64,000 bases of DNA from an uncultured Gemmatimonadales bacterium (GTDB lineage: Bacteria; Gemmatimonadota; Gemmatimonadetes; Gemmatimonadales; GWC2-71-9), in the NCBI GenBank assembly GCA_963695555.1, contig CAVOGR010000007.1, positions 320,001-384,000 on the forward strand, in the 5' to 3' direction. A model generated the notes under the pieces. It searched no databases. It was not told the origin of the DNA and saw nothing but the letters and a program-made list of their open reading frames with translations. Positions 28,405-39,066 of the stretch are shown here, one piece after another. The translations under genes and the position numbers were made by a program. Position 1 is the first letter of the stretch. Each line of letters begins with the position of its first letter.

Positions 28405-29267
28405 AATTGCTGTTCCGTGAGGCGCTCTTGGCCTTCCGTCGCGCGCCGCTCCTGTCGACTCTGTCCATTACGACGATTGCATTCTCGCTCTTCGCCGTGG
28501 GCCTATTCGGCCTGGTCGCCATCAACATGCGGCAGGCCCTCAGGGGGTTGGAGAGTCGGGTGGAGATCGTCGCATTCATCCTGCACGGGACGCCACTCGA
28601 AACCATCACCCTAGCGGCCGATGACATTTCGAAGTTCCCCGAGGTGGTCTCGGTCGGGTATGTCAACGAGGATTCTGCGTTGGCGCAGGCCCAAGCGGAG
28701 CTCGAGGAATTCAAGGACGCCTATCGGGATCTCGAGATCAATCCCCTCCCTGCGTCATTAGAAATCGGGCTGAAAGAGGGGCATCGTGACGCGGCGTCCG
28801 TCGCCGCGGTCGCCGAACGGCTACAGGGCTTCGGCTTCATCGACGACGTCCGGTTCGGGCGCGAGTGGATCGAGCGATTGGACCGGTTACGCAACGTCGC
28901 CGGCCTGGTTGGCTTGATCATTGGCCTGGCGTTCGCGGCGGTCGCCGTCATCATTATCGGCACGACGATTCGCATGACGGTCCTGCAACGGGCTCGCGAA
29001 ATTGCGATCATGCGCCTGGTCGGGGCCACGAACGGCTTCATCCGCGGTCCGTTTCTGCTCGAGGGAGCCATCAAGGGTCTCTTGGGCGGGCTGTTATCCA
29101 TCGTGTTCATTTACGCCGGGTATATCCTGTTCGGGCGGAACACGCCCATGCTGTCCGGCCTGATCTTCTTCGAGCCGCCCCAGCTCCTGCTCGGCATCCT
29201 GTTCGGGGTGGCCCTCGGTTTGGGCGGAAGCCTCGTCAGCGTAGGGCGGCATCTCCGGAATGTCTGA
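28401..29267 (+). CDS. ftsX: Cell division permease
   Basis: NPLPASLEI, EIAIMRLVGATNGFIRGPFLLEG, four TM segments. Confidence 0.93.
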   Translation: MKLLFREALLAFRRAPLLSTLSITTIAFSLFAVGLFGLVAINMRQALRGLESRVEIVAFILHGTPLETITLAADDISKFPEVVSVGYVNEDSALAQAQAELEEFKDAYRDLEINPLPASLEIGLKEGHRDAASVAAVAERLQGFGFIDDVRFGREWIERLDRLRNVAGLVGLIIGLAFAAVAVIIIGTTIRMTVLQRAREIAIMRLVGATNGFIRGPFLLEGAIKGLLGGLLSIVFIYAGYILFGRNTPMLSGLIFFEPPQLLLGILFGVALGLGGSLVSVGRHLRNV

Positions 29268-30444
29268 GACCGGGCCGCGCGCGCTGGCGCTGATGCTCCT
29301 CGTCGCGCTCGGAGCGGTCTTCCCGCTTGCCGGCCAGGAACCGCGGGTCAACCAGGACCTCCTCGAGAGCCAGCGCCGGCTCGATTCCATTCGAACCGAG
29401 CGCGGACGGCTCCGTATGGAGCAACTGCAACTCGAGGGTCGGGTCAAGGACGTCGGTGCGGAGCTCCGAAACATTGAGCGGCAGCGGGAGTCCACCCATC
29501 GCATCGTAAACGAGATCGACCTGCAGATCGGTGGGCTCAACAACAACCTCGCGCAGGTCAGCGCGGAACTCGTCCTGGCGCAGGACAACCTGGCCCAGAA
29601 GCGTGCGGTCCTGCAGCGGCGTCTGGTGGACATTTACAAACGGGGCCCGCTGTACACCTTTCAGGCGCTGCTGGCCGCCGAATCCTTCGGAGACCTGCTC
29701 AGTCGCTACAAGTACCTCTTTACCACGAGCCAGCAGGATCGCGCGCTCCTCGGCGAGGTCGAGAACCTCCGGGACCGCGTCATCCAACAGCGCAACGACC
29801 TACTGCTCATCAAGACCGACCTCGACCGGAGCAAGACCGAACGCCAAGCGGAGCTGTCGCGGTACTCGCAGCTCATGCGGGAGCGAGAGCGCCAGCTTCG
29901 GCGCTTGCAGCGGACCGGTCGGACGACCGAAGAACGCCTCACAGCGCTCGAACGCGACGAGGCGGCACTCAACAACCTCATTGCGCGGCTCCGCACCTCG
30001 GCAGCGAGCGGCGCGCCCGCGCCAGGCGGCCTCACGACGGCGGACATCGGGAATTTGGATTGGCCGGTCGAGGGACGGATCCTCTACAACTTCGGCCGGG
30101 TGCGCCTGCCGAGTGGGGCCATTGTACGGCGCAATGGCATTGGGATCGGCGCCCAAGTCGGGGAAACGGTGCGTGCCGTCGATGCCGGGCGCGTGCTCGG
30201 GGTCCAGCAGGTGGGCACCTACGGACTGATGGTCCTGATCCAGCACGGCACCGATCACATCTCAACCTACGGACAACTGAGCGCCGCGTCGGTGCGGCCG
30301 GGCGATCGGGTAGTCAAGGGTCAGGTCATCGGCACGGTCGGAGGACAGAACACCAACGAGGGCCCGCATCTGTACTTCGAGATCCGGGGACCGGAGGGCA
30401 TTGCACTCGACCCGACCGGCTGGCTCACGAGGCGGCGGCGCTAG
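29260..30444 (+). CDS. envC: Murein hydrolase activator EnvC family (coiled coil + M23)
   Basis: Signal peptide, long coiled coil, WPVEG, degenerate M23 (RNGIGI, STYGQL, PHLYFEIR), directly after ftsEX. Confidence 0.85.
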   Translation: MSETGPRALALMLLVALGAVFPLAGQEPRVNQDLLESQRRLDSIRTERGRLRMEQLQLEGRVKDVGAELRNIERQRESTHRIVNEIDLQIGGLNNNLAQVSAELVLAQDNLAQKRAVLQRRLVDIYKRGPLYTFQALLAAESFGDLLSRYKYLFTTSQQDRALLGEVENLRDRVIQQRNDLLLIKTDLDRSKTERQAELSRYSQLMRERERQLRRLQRTGRTTEERLTALERDEAALNNLIARLRTSAASGAPAPGGLTTADIGNLDWPVEGRILYNFGRVRLPSGAIVRRNGIGIGAQVGETVRAVDAGRVLGVQQVGTYGLMVLIQHGTDHISTYGQLSAASVRPGDRVVKGQVIGTVGGQNTNEGPHLYFEIRGPEGIALDPTGWLTRRRR

Positions 30445-30529
30445 TGCGCTGCGCACTTCCATGAGCGACGACGGCCATGCGGAAGAACCGCATTTGACCC
30501 GCGTCCGCGCCAGAGTGCATCTTTGGACC

Positions 30530-31126
30530 ATGCGCTGGATCCGCATCGTGCCCGCGATCATGCTCGGCCTGAGCGCACGCGCAGAGGCCCAGACGATCGT
30601 CCATGCTCGCCTGGGTATCACAGGCGCGACCGATTTGGTCACGGACCGCATTACCCGGGAGATCACGGTCCGACAGGATCTGGCACCGACGCTCCTCCTC
30701 GGCGCCTCGGTTGCCGTGTCACCCCGCCTGAACGCGGGAATCGAGGTGAGCGTAGGAACGGGTGGCGTCGACGCGACGGAGGCGGGCGTTACCAGCGACC
30801 TGGGCTCGCTGCGGACGGCGACGATCACCCTCGGCCTGGACGGCCCGTTGGTATGGGAACTCAGGTGGCGAGCCGGCGTCGGCGTGCTCAAGTATTGGCC
30901 GTCAGACGATACAGGAATCTTCGCGCTGGGCGGGCCGACGGACTACCTCCTCGTGGGCGGCGTCGATTACCGGCGCCCGCTGAATCGAGATTGGGCCATC
31001 GTGGCGGGACTCCGGTACGACTACCACCGGTTCACCACGGACGCACTCCAAGCCCGTGGGTTTTCCCAATCGCAGCAAGTCCACCGCCTTGGCATCCTGA
31101 TCGGCATCGCTCGGACACTCTCATGA
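30530..31126 (+). CDS. Putative small outer-membrane beta-barrel protein
   Basis: Signal peptide ending AEA-Q, then alternating amphipathic strands (GGVDYRR, AGLRYDYHRF). Confidence 0.6.
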   Translation: MRWIRIVPAIMLGLSARAEAQTIVHARLGITGATDLVTDRITREITVRQDLAPTLLLGASVAVSPRLNAGIEVSVGTGGVDATEAGVTSDLGSLRTATITLGLDGPLVWELRWRAGVGVLKYWPSDDTGIFALGGPTDYLLVGGVDYRRPLNRDWAIVAGLRYDYHRFTTDALQARGFSQSQQVHRLGILIGIARTLS

Positions 31127-31779
31127 ACCTTCGATTCGTCTCCAGACTGACCGCAGGCATCGTTGTCGTGGCCGCCGCCGCGTGCGCGGAGATCGCCGCC
31201 CCGTCCCGAGGAGATTTCTACGAGTGGCGGCTGGTCGTCGGGACCGACACCTTGACGTATCATTGGGCGCCATCGTCGCTGCCAGTCAAGATTTGGGTCG
31301 AAGATCAATTCGACATGCCATCCCACGTTGCGCGTGGCATCCTCGAATGGGAGTCCGCGTTTCTCTACCACGAGTACGCCGCGGCAGTCGTGGCCGATTC
31401 GGGTAGCGCCGACGTGATCGTCCGCGCCATCGTGGCCCCCCCCAAGCTCGCGCAGACACTGACGCGGCTCTGGAGCGGGCTCCGCCCGGAGTGCGAAGGG
31501 GCCACGGACATCGACACCGTAGCGACCCGCTTTCAGCTGCAGCTGCCGATTCGGATGTACGTCTGGCCCCGGTTCGATCCGACGGCGAACGATCTCACCG
31601 AATGTTTCCAGGTGGTAGCGGCCCACGAATTGGGGCATACGATCGGGCTCTTTCTCCATTCGTTCACGCCCAGCGACCTCATGCACTTCGACCCGACGGC
31701 GACCCGGTTGAGCAACCGCGACGTCAACACGGCGGAGTTGAACGCGCATCTGACAGCCACCATGGTGCCCGTCCGGTAA
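31123..31779 (+). CDS. Matrixin/M10-like zinc metalloprotease lipoprotein
   Basis: Lipobox [16 protein letters not shown], Met-turn SDLMHF. Confidence 0.78.
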   Translation: MNLRFVSRLTAGIVVVAAAACAEIAAPSRGDFYEWRLVVGTDTLTYHWAPSSLPVKIWVEDQFDMPSHVARGILEWESAFLYHEYAAAVVADSGSADVIVRAIVAPPKLAQTLTRLWSGLRPECEGATDIDTVATRFQLQLPIRMYVWPRFDPTANDLTECFQVVAAHELGHTIGLFLHSFTPSDLMHFDPTATRLSNRDVNTAELNAHLTATMVPVR

Positions 31780-31885
31780 GCAGCGAACCCGTGCCGGACT
31801 CCTCCGGCCGTCGCTGAGCATTGGGCCGGGGCCCCGTGCGACACCTGATTCACCTCAGCCACGCGCGACACGCGCCAGGATCTCC

Positions 31886-33487
31886 ATGACATTGAAGGTC
31901 ACTACAGCCGATTTTCCGCCCGTGGATCTCACCGCGCACGGCATCCGTGCGGCCCAGGTGCACGCGAACTGGTCTGTTGCCGTCCTCGCAGAGGCCGCCA
32001 TCCGCCGTGGCGAGGGCATGGCTACCAATCGCGGAGCGTTCACCGCCATCACCGCCCCGCACACCGGCCGGTCACCCAAGGACAAGTTCCTCGTGCAGGA
32101 GCCGACGTCAGCGGCCGATATCTGGTGGGAAAGCAACGCGTCCATGTCTCCGGACGCGTTCGACCTGCTCCACGACGACATCAGGGCTCACCTGAACGAC
32201 CAAGAGCTGTTCGTCCAGGATCTCCATGGAGGGGCCGCTCCCGCCTACCAATTGGGCGTGCGCTTCGTCACCCCCAGCGCGTGGCACGCCTTATTCGTCC
32301 GGAACATGTTTATCCGGCCGACGCCCGAGCAACTCGAATCGTTCACGTCCGAGTTCCTCGTCCTTCATGCCCCGCTGTTCCAAGCCGACCCCGCGCGACA
32401 TGGCACCCGGACGGGCACGGTCATCGCCCTGAATTTCGCCAAGCGCATGGTCCTGGTGGCGGGGACCAAGTACGCGGGAGAGCTCAAGAAATCGATCTTC
32501 ACGGTGCTCAACTATCTGCTGCCGGCCCGCGGCGTGCTCCCGATGCACTGCTCCGCAAACGTCGGCGAAGCCGGCGATACCGCCATCTTCTTTGGCCTCT
32601 CCGGCACCGGCAAGACGACCCTGTCCGCCGACCCCACCCGCCACCTCATCGGGGACGACGAACACGGCTGGAGCCCGGACGGCGTGTTCAATTTCGAGGG
32701 CGGGTGCTATGCCAAGGTGATCGATCTCGACCCCGACGGCGAGCCCGAGATCTATGCGGCGACTCAGCGGTTCGGGACGGTGCTCGAGAACGTGACGGTC
32801 GATCCGCTCAACCGCGCCGTCGATTTCAGCAGCGAGGACATCACCGAGAATACCCGGGCTAGTTACCCGATCGAGTTCATTCCCAATCACATGCCGGGTG
32901 GCGTCGGTGGGCACCCGCGCAACGTCGTGTTCCTGACAGCTGACGCGTTTAGCGTGATGCCGCCGATTGCCCGGCTCTCCGCAGCCCAAGCCAAGTATCA
33001 CTTCCTGTCGGGATATACGGCCAAGGTGGCCGGCACCGAGCGAGGTGTCACGGAACCAACCGCGACATTCTCCGCCTGTTTCGGTGCGCCGTTCCTGCCA
33101 CGGCATCCCAACGTCTATGCCAAAATGCTGGGCCAGAAGATCGAGGAACACGGAGCCCGCGTCTGGCTGGTCAACACCGGCTGGACGGGCGGGCCCTACG
33201 GGACGGGCACCCGGATGCGGCTCGCGCATACGCGGGCCATGGTCCGCGCGGCGCTGGCAGGGCGGTTGGACCGGGTCGCCTATCAGACCGATCCGGTGTT
33301 CGGCGTGGAGGTTCCGACCGAGGTCCCGCATGTGCCGGCGGACATTCTCATGCCGCGGGCCACCTGGCAGGATGTCGCCACGTACGACGCCCAGGCCCGC
33401 AAACTGACCCAGATGTTCGCGGACAACTTCCGCCGTTACGCCGATCAGGTCTCGGAGCCCGTTCGCAACGCGGGGCCGACCGGCTAG
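31886..33487 (+). CDS. pckA: Phosphoenolpyruvate carboxykinase (ATP)
   Basis: [52 protein letters not shown]. Confidence 0.97.
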   Translation: MTLKVTTADFPPVDLTAHGIRAAQVHANWSVAVLAEAAIRRGEGMATNRGAFTAITAPHTGRSPKDKFLVQEPTSAADIWWESNASMSPDAFDLLHDDIRAHLNDQELFVQDLHGGAAPAYQLGVRFVTPSAWHALFVRNMFIRPTPEQLESFTSEFLVLHAPLFQADPARHGTRTGTVIALNFAKRMVLVAGTKYAGELKKSIFTVLNYLLPARGVLPMHCSANVGEAGDTAIFFGLSGTGKTTLSADPTRHLIGDDEHGWSPDGVFNFEGGCYAKVIDLDPDGEPEIYAATQRFGTVLENVTVDPLNRAVDFSSEDITENTRASYPIEFIPNHMPGGVGGHPRNVVFLTADAFSVMPPIARLSAAQAKYHFLSGYTAKVAGTERGVTEPTATFSACFGAPFLPRHPNVYAKMLGQKIEEHGARVWLVNTGWTGGPYGTGTRMRLAHTRAMVRAALAGRLDRVAYQTDPVFGVEVPTEVPHVPADILMPRATWQDVATYDAQARKLTQMFADNFRRYADQVSEPVRNAGPTG

Positions 33488-33530
33488 CCTGGGCGGACAG
33501 CCGCGCCTCACCCACCCAGCCGAGACATCC

Positions 33531-34823
33531 GTGTCACCGCCACCGACAGGTTTCGAGGTCATTCGCGACCCGCTGTGGGACAACATCCGGCTCGATGAGG
33601 TCGCGATGGCCGTGCTCGACACGGCCTCGGTCCAGCGCCTTCGCTATGTCCGGCAATTGGGCCACGCCTTCTTGGTCTACCCCGGCGCGACGCATTCCCG
33701 CTTCGAACATGCGCTCGGCACCTACCACCTGGCCAAGCGAGCCCTGTCGCTGTTGGACGAACGCGGCGAGCTCGGGCGGGTGCCGGAGGAGGAGCGCTTC
33801 GCGACGCGCCTGGCCGCCTTGCTGCACGACGTCGGGCACTATCCATTCTCACACGCACTCGAGGAAGCGGGTTTTGCGCACCACGAACTCCTTGGTGTAG
33901 CACGTCTCGAGGAGGGCGATTTGGCTCACGTCCTTGCGGCTCACGGAGGTCCGGAGCTCGCCCGGCAGATTGCAGCGCTCATTCAAGGAACCAGTTCGAG
34001 TCCGGTTGCTGGTCTCATCTCGGGCTCGCTCGATCTCGACAAGATCGAGTATCTGAATCGCGACGCCCACATGTGCGGTGTCCCCTATGGCACGATCGAC
34101 GTGGATCGGCTCCTGACCTCGCTCGCCCTCTGCGAGGCCGGACCAGGACGGTGGGAAGTCGGGGTGCACGAGAAGGGTATGAGCGCGCTCGAGTCGCTGC
34201 TCTTCGCCAAGTACCAGATGTACCGGAACGTGTACTGGCACCACGCCGTGCGCGCGGCGACGTGCATGTTCAAGCGCGCCGTCCGCACGGTCGTCGCGGG
34301 CGGCACGCTCACGCCGGAGGACATTGCCCGCGCAACCGACGGGAGTCTCATGGAGCGCTTGCTTGCCGCCGACCCGTCGGGACTCGCCGAGGCCGTCCAC
34401 GGGCGGCGCCTCTTCAAGCGCGCGCTCGACCTGCCTGCGAGCGACGTGCCTCACGACGCCCAGTCGTGGCTGTCCGATGATCCCGACTTGACGGGCCAGG
34501 TGGAGGATGTGCTGGCGGACGCGGTGGGACTCTCGCCCGGGCACTTGCTGCTCGACTTCCCCGCCCGGTCGACGATGCTGGATGTCGACCTGCCGCTCCG
34601 GACCCGCTCGGGAACGGTGGAGCGCCTGACGGCGGCGGGACGTCGAGGCCACTTGGGCTTGACCCGAATCGCGGAGCCACTCTACCAGAGCGCGAGGCGG
34701 CTTAGAGTGTTCGTCGCGGAGGCGCCGGCCAGGCCCCTGCCGGACCTGATGCCCCTGGTGACACTACCGGGTGCGGAAGTGCGGCGGCGATTGGAAGCTG
34801 AGGAGGGGTTGGTCCGGGGTTAA
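33531..34823 (+). CDS. HD-domain phosphohydrolase (dNTPase/YwfO-like)
   Basis: IRDPLW, QRLRYVRQLG, YPGATHSRFEH, LLHDVGHYPFSH, DLDKIEYLNRD, MYRNVYWHH. Confidence 0.9.
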   Translation: MSPPPTGFEVIRDPLWDNIRLDEVAMAVLDTASVQRLRYVRQLGHAFLVYPGATHSRFEHALGTYHLAKRALSLLDERGELGRVPEEERFATRLAALLHDVGHYPFSHALEEAGFAHHELLGVARLEEGDLAHVLAAHGGPELARQIAALIQGTSSSPVAGLISGSLDLDKIEYLNRDAHMCGVPYGTIDVDRLLTSLALCEAGPGRWEVGVHEKGMSALESLLFAKYQMYRNVYWHHAVRAATCMFKRAVRTVVAGGTLTPEDIARATDGSLMERLLAADPSGLAEAVHGRRLFKRALDLPASDVPHDAQSWLSDDPDLTGQVEDVLADAVGLSPGHLLLDFPARSTMLDVDLPLRTRSGTVERLTAAGRRGHLGLTRIAEPLYQSARRLRVFVAEAPARPLPDLMPLVTLPGAEVRRRLEAEEGLVRG

Positions 34824-35602
34824 GCGCCCTGCGATGCCCCTTCGGGCACCGGATACTCGCCCGAGGTACTCTCCGTCGAATCGATCTGCACGATGATTGC
34901 GGTAATGTTGTCGAGCCCGCCCCGGCGGTTGGCCTCGCTAATCATCTCATCGACCCACGACTGCGGTGTGCCCTCACTCTCGAGAATCCGCAAAAGGTCG
35001 GGGTCTTCCAACATCCCGGTGAGGCCGTCGGACCCGAGCAGCAGGAGATCGCCGGTATGGAGATCCCCGAAGTACACGTCGGGGACGACATCGCTGCCGG
35101 CGCCGACGCAGCGGGTGATGACGTTCGAATATGGGTGGACCCGTGCTTGATCCGGCGTCAGCAACCCCGCATCCACCTGTTCCTGCACATACGAGTGATC
35201 CTTGGTAAGCTGCAGCATCCGGCCGTCGCGCAGGAGATAGGCCCGACTGTCTCCGACGTGGCCGATGACATAGCGGCCGCTCATGAGCGCGAGCAGGGTG
35301 GCCGTCGTGCCCATGCCGCGCTTGTCCTGCTCGGTAAGGGTCCGTTCGAAAATGGCGGCGTTGGCCGCGATCATGGCACGGTGCACGCGGCGGGAGATCT
35401 CTTCGTCCGTCGTGCCGCGGAGGTTACCCACTTCCCGCGAGATGATCCCGACGGCCATCTCGCTCGCGACCTCGCCGGCGGCGTGCCCGCCCATGCCGTC
35501 CGCCACGATGAAGATCCCGCGGTCGGCGAGCATGAGGAAATTGTCTTCGTTGTCCGAGCGGACAACGCCGACATCCGAATGGGCAGCACATGAAAAACGC
35601 AT
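34820..35602 (-). CDS. PP2C-type Ser/Thr phosphatase (Stp1/IreP family)
   Basis: RSDNED, VADGMGGHAAGEVAS, HVGDSRAY, SDGLTGM, GGLDNIT. Confidence 0.95.
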   Translation of the reverse strand: MRFSCAAHSDVGVVRSDNEDNFLMLADRGIFIVADGMGGHAAGEVASEMAVGIISREVGNLRGTTDEEISRRVHRAMIAANAAIFERTLTEQDKRGMGTTATLLALMSGRYVIGHVGDSRAYLLRDGRMLQLTKDHSYVQEQVDAGLLTPDQARVHPYSNVITRCVGAGSDVVPDVYFGDLHTGDLLLLGSDGLTGMLEDPDLLRILESEGTPQSWVDEMISEANRRGGLDNITAIIVQIDSTESTSGEYPVPEGASQGA

Positions 35603-35609
35603 GCTCGAC

Positions 35610-37181
35610 CTATCGAAGGAGCTCGAGGAGTTTGTCCAGCAAGCCCAAAAAATAGGCCGCCACCGCCAGTACAACCACCACGGCCACCGTCATCAGCCCG
35701 CCCCACGATCGGCTTGGCTTAGCGGAGGCCGTCACAAACACCGGCATCGGGCGGGCCGACGGCTGCGAAGCCTTGGCCGCGGGCGCCTCATCACCGGGGG
35801 CCGGCACGAATTCCTCGACCGGCGGCTCGGGAGGCGCCGCAGCATCCGGCGCGGGTTCCGCTGCGCGGGCTGGTGGGGGGTCGCCAAACTCTTCATCGAT
35901 GAGCGTGTGCGACACCTCGAAGCGCTCCGGGGCGTGCGACGTGGCCTGCCATCCGGCCACCGCCTCGGGCTCGACACTCTCCGCCTCCTCGGACTCCTCG
36001 ACTTCCGCCGCCCGCACGACCCGAGTGTCTCCGGACTCCAGGTGCGGCACTTCGACATCGGATGGGTCGAACAGCAGTGCCATTTCCCCGAGCCGGATGG
36101 TGGCTCCCGGTGCCACGGCCATCTCCGTCACGACCTCTTCCCCTTCCACCAGGGTGCCGTTGGTCGAGCCCATGTCGCTCAGGAACCAGATGCCCTCGCG
36201 ACACTGCAGCTTGGCATGCGACGCGCTGACGCTCGAGTCGTCGAGCACCACGTCGTTGTGGTCGCCGCGGCCCAGGTGGATCACCGACGCCCGGATGGGC
36301 AGCCGCTCACCGCGCCGAGGGCCTTCGCGTACAAGCAGCGACCCGAATCCTGGTTCCGGACCGGCGGGCGCTGAGTCGTCCCGATCGTCCGGTTCCGAGT
36401 CGATCTCTTCTTGAATGGAGGAAAACGGGATGCCGTGAAGCGTGTCGAACAGCTTTTGGCTGGCTCCGAGCGGAGCGTCAGGCTGGGGTTGGTCTGCCAT
36501 GACTTCCTCGGGTGCTGCAGGGTGCGCAGCCGGGCTCATGGTGGCGTAGAAGCGGAACTCTTCGGTCCCAATTCGGATCACATCGGAGCGAGCCAGGATC
36601 CGGTCGGCGCCAATCCGGAGCCCATTGACGAATGTGCCATTGGTACTGTGATCGGCCAGCACGTACTGATCGTCACGGTAGACGATTTCCGCGTGTTTCC
36701 GCGAGACGTCCTGGCCGGTGACGACCACCTCGGCGCTCGCCTCCCGACCCAGCACGACCGAATCCCCGATGGGATACTCACGGCCGTCCGTCAGGCACAC
36801 TAGCCGCCCCCCTTCGGCGGTCCATTCCGGTGCCGGCGCGCGGGGTGCGGCCGGGTCTCGGAGACTTGCGGCGCTCATGAATTCGGTGTGCCCCGCCCGG
36901 ACGGAATCCACCACGCGCAACTCGACGTCTCCCAGGCGGATCTTGTCGCCGTGAAGCAGCGGGCTCGGGTTCTCTCCCAAGAGCACACCGTTCACCATCA
37001 CCTCGGCGTCGGACGTGGCTTGGCGAATGGCGATCGACCCGTCGGGCATGCCCTGTACCACGGCATGCCGCCAGAGTACGCCTTCCCCGCTCAGCCGAAG
37101 AGCGCTTTCGGAATCGGACCCGATAAGCATCTCGCCGGGCGGGATGGGGTGATGCCGACCGTTGTACTCGAGTTCCATCAT
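35610..37181 (-). CDS. Multi-FHA-domain protein with C-terminal membrane anchor
   Basis: Three FHA repeats (two with GR..SxxH..STNGT), acidic/Pro linkers, C-terminal hydrophobic helix. Confidence 0.88.
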   Translation of the reverse strand: MMELEYNGRHHPIPPGEMLIGSDSESALRLSGEGVLWRHAVVQGMPDGSIAIRQATSDAEVMVNGVLLGENPSPLLHGDKIRLGDVELRVVDSVRAGHTEFMSAASLRDPAAPRAPAPEWTAEGGRLVCLTDGREYPIGDSVVLGREASAEVVVTGQDVSRKHAEIVYRDDQYVLADHSTNGTFVNGLRIGADRILARSDVIRIGTEEFRFYATMSPAAHPAAPEEVMADQPQPDAPLGASQKLFDTLHGIPFSSIQEEIDSEPDDRDDSAPAGPEPGFGSLLVREGPRRGERLPIRASVIHLGRGDHNDVVLDDSSVSASHAKLQCREGIWFLSDMGSTNGTLVEGEEVVTEMAVAPGATIRLGEMALLFDPSDVEVPHLESGDTRVVRAAEVEESEEAESVEPEAVAGWQATSHAPERFEVSHTLIDEEFGDPPPARAAEPAPDAAAPPEPPVEEFVPAPGDEAPAAKASQPSARPMPVFVTASAKPSRSWGGLMTVAVVVVLAVAAYFLGLLDKLLELLR

Positions 37182-37257
37182 GCGGTAGAGGCCGTCCAGG
37201 GGTTTCTCTAATCGTTTAACGTACCCGCCGCCCCGTAACCAGGCAAGCGAGCGGAGC

Positions 37258-39066
37258 TTACGCGCTCTCCGCCAGGCCCTGCCCGCTCAACTGGAGGAGG
37301 TAGAGCCGCTCGTAGGCGCCATGCCGCGCCAGGAGGCGGGCATGCGTCCCGCGCTCGATGATCTCCCCGTGGTGGAGCATGAGAATCTCGTCCGCGTGGA
37401 GGATGGTGCTCAAGCGGTGGGCCACGACGAGGCTGGTTCGTCCGGCCATGAGTTCCGCCAGCGCCTGCTGGATTTGGGACTCCGTCTCCGTATCGACCGA
37501 ACTGGTCGCCTCATCGAGCACCAGAATACGTGGGTCGAGGGCCAAGGCACGGGCGAAGCTGAGCAGCTGGCGCTCCCCAACGCTGAGGCTCCGCCCACGC
37601 TCACCGAGTTGGTGGGAGTATCCCGATGGGAGGCGCCCGATGAAGCGATCGGCGCCCACTCTCGACGCCGCTGCACGCGCGGCCTCGGGCGCAATCGGGG
37701 CGTCCAGGGTGAGGTTGTGCAGGATGTCCCCAGCAAACAGGAACAGGTCCTGCTGCACCAGGCCGATCTGTTCGCGCACTATCGAGGTCGGCAGCTCACG
37801 AATGTCGATCCCGTCCAGCGTGATCCGGCCGCGTTGGGGGTCGTAGAACCGGAGCAACAGATTGATGATGGTCGACTTGCCGGCCCCCGTATGCCCGACC
37901 AGGGCGACGGTCTGACCGGGCGAGGCGCGGAAGCTCACGTCTCGGAGCACCCACGGCCCGGGTTCGGCATAGCGGAACCACACCTGGTCGAACTGGATGT
38001 CGCCGCGGATCGGGGTCGGCAATGCGCGAGGGGCGTCCGGTTCCGCGATGGTGACGGGTTCGTCCAACAGGTGGAAGACCCGTTCGGATGATGCCATGGC
38101 GCTCTGAATGATGTTGTATTTCTCGGACAGGTCCTGCAGCGGGTCGAAGAAGCGCCGGGTGAGTTGGATGAACGCGGCGAGGGTCCCGACCGTGAGTGTG
38201 GCATCGAGCGCCCGCACTCCACCATAGAAGAGGAGGAGCGCCAGCGCGACCGACGTGAGGATCTCGATAATCGGGAAGAAGACCGCGTACAGCCGTATCG
38301 CGCGGATGTGCGCCTCGAGGTGCTCTCGGTTGACGTCGTCGAAGCGGCTCGCTTCCCGAGCCTCACGCCTGAACAGCTGGACCACGCGCATGCCGGACAA
38401 GTGCTCTTGCAGGAAGGCGTTGATTCGCGCGAGCCGCTGGCGGATTTCCAGAAACACCTGCCGCACACGGCGGCGAAACACCGTGGCCGTGATCCACACC
38501 AGCGGAATGACCGCAAATGCGACGAGGGCAAGCCGCCAGTCCATGGCGAGCATCATGATCATGATGGCCGCCAGGGTAAACACGTCACCAAACACTGCCA
38601 CCACGCCCGAGGTGAACAGCTCGTTCAAGGATTCCACGTCCGAGGTCACCCGCGTCATGAGACGTCCAACCGGGCGTCGATCGAAATAGGGAATGCTGAG
38701 ATGCTGCAGCTTGGTGAATAACTCCTGCCGGAGATCGCGCATGACCCGCTGGCCAATGGCGGTCGTGACCAGCACCTCGGCGTAGCCATTGGCGAAGCTG
38801 AGCAGCAACGCGAGCAGGTAGACGGCGGCGAGCGTACCCAGAAGGGCCACGTTCGCCTCCGGAATGGCGACGTCGATGACCTGCTTAGTCAGATACGGTC
38901 CGACGAGCGGAAACACGCCTCCGATCAGGATTTGTGCGGATGCGAGGGCCAAGAGCCTGCGATACGGCCGCAAGTACTTCAACAGCCTGGCGAACAGGGC
39001 CGGGTCGTAGACTTTGCCGAGGGCGTCGTCGGCTTGAGCGTCGATCTCGGCCGTGGCGGCGGTCAT
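37258..39066 (-). CDS. ABC transporter, fused permease/ATP-binding (MdlB/MsbA-like)
   Basis: GRLMTRVTSD, GHTGAGKST, LSVGERQ, LDEATSSVD, AHRLST. Confidence 0.93.
   Translation of the reverse strand: MTAATAEIDAQADDALGKVYDPALFARLLKYLRPYRRLLALASAQILIGGVFPLVGPYLTKQVIDVAIPEANVALLGTLAAVYLLALLLSFANGYAEVLVTTAIGQRVMRDLRQELFTKLQHLSIPYFDRRPVGRLMTRVTSDVESLNELFTSGVVAVFGDVFTLAAIMIMMLAMDWRLALVAFAVIPLVWITATVFRRRVRQVFLEIRQRLARINAFLQEHLSGMRVVQLFRREAREASRFDDVNREHLEAHIRAIRLYAVFFPIIEILTSVALALLLFYGGVRALDATLTVGTLAAFIQLTRRFFDPLQDLSEKYNIIQSAMASSERVFHLLDEPVTIAEPDAPRALPTPIRGDIQFDQVWFRYAEPGPWVLRDVSFRASPGQTVALVGHTGAGKSTIINLLLRFYDPQRGRITLDGIDIRELPTSIVREQIGLVQQDLFLFAGDILHNLTLDAPIAPEAARAAASRVGADRFIGRLPSGYSHQLGERGRSLSVGERQLLSFARALALDPRILVLDEATSSVDTETESQIQQALAELMAGRTSLVVAHRLSTILHADEILMLHHGEIIERGTHARLLARHGAYERLYLLQLSGQGLAESA

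Noticed and set aside
30523..31122. 200-aa N-terminal extension of the matrixin ORF
   Set aside because: Alternative frame over the barrel gene. ATG 31123 gives a proper lipoprotein signal and an ATGA overlap.
33531..34823. HD dNTPase as an anti-phage defence gene
   Set aside because: It sits in a housekeeping context after pckA with host-like codon usage and no defence or mobile neighbours.
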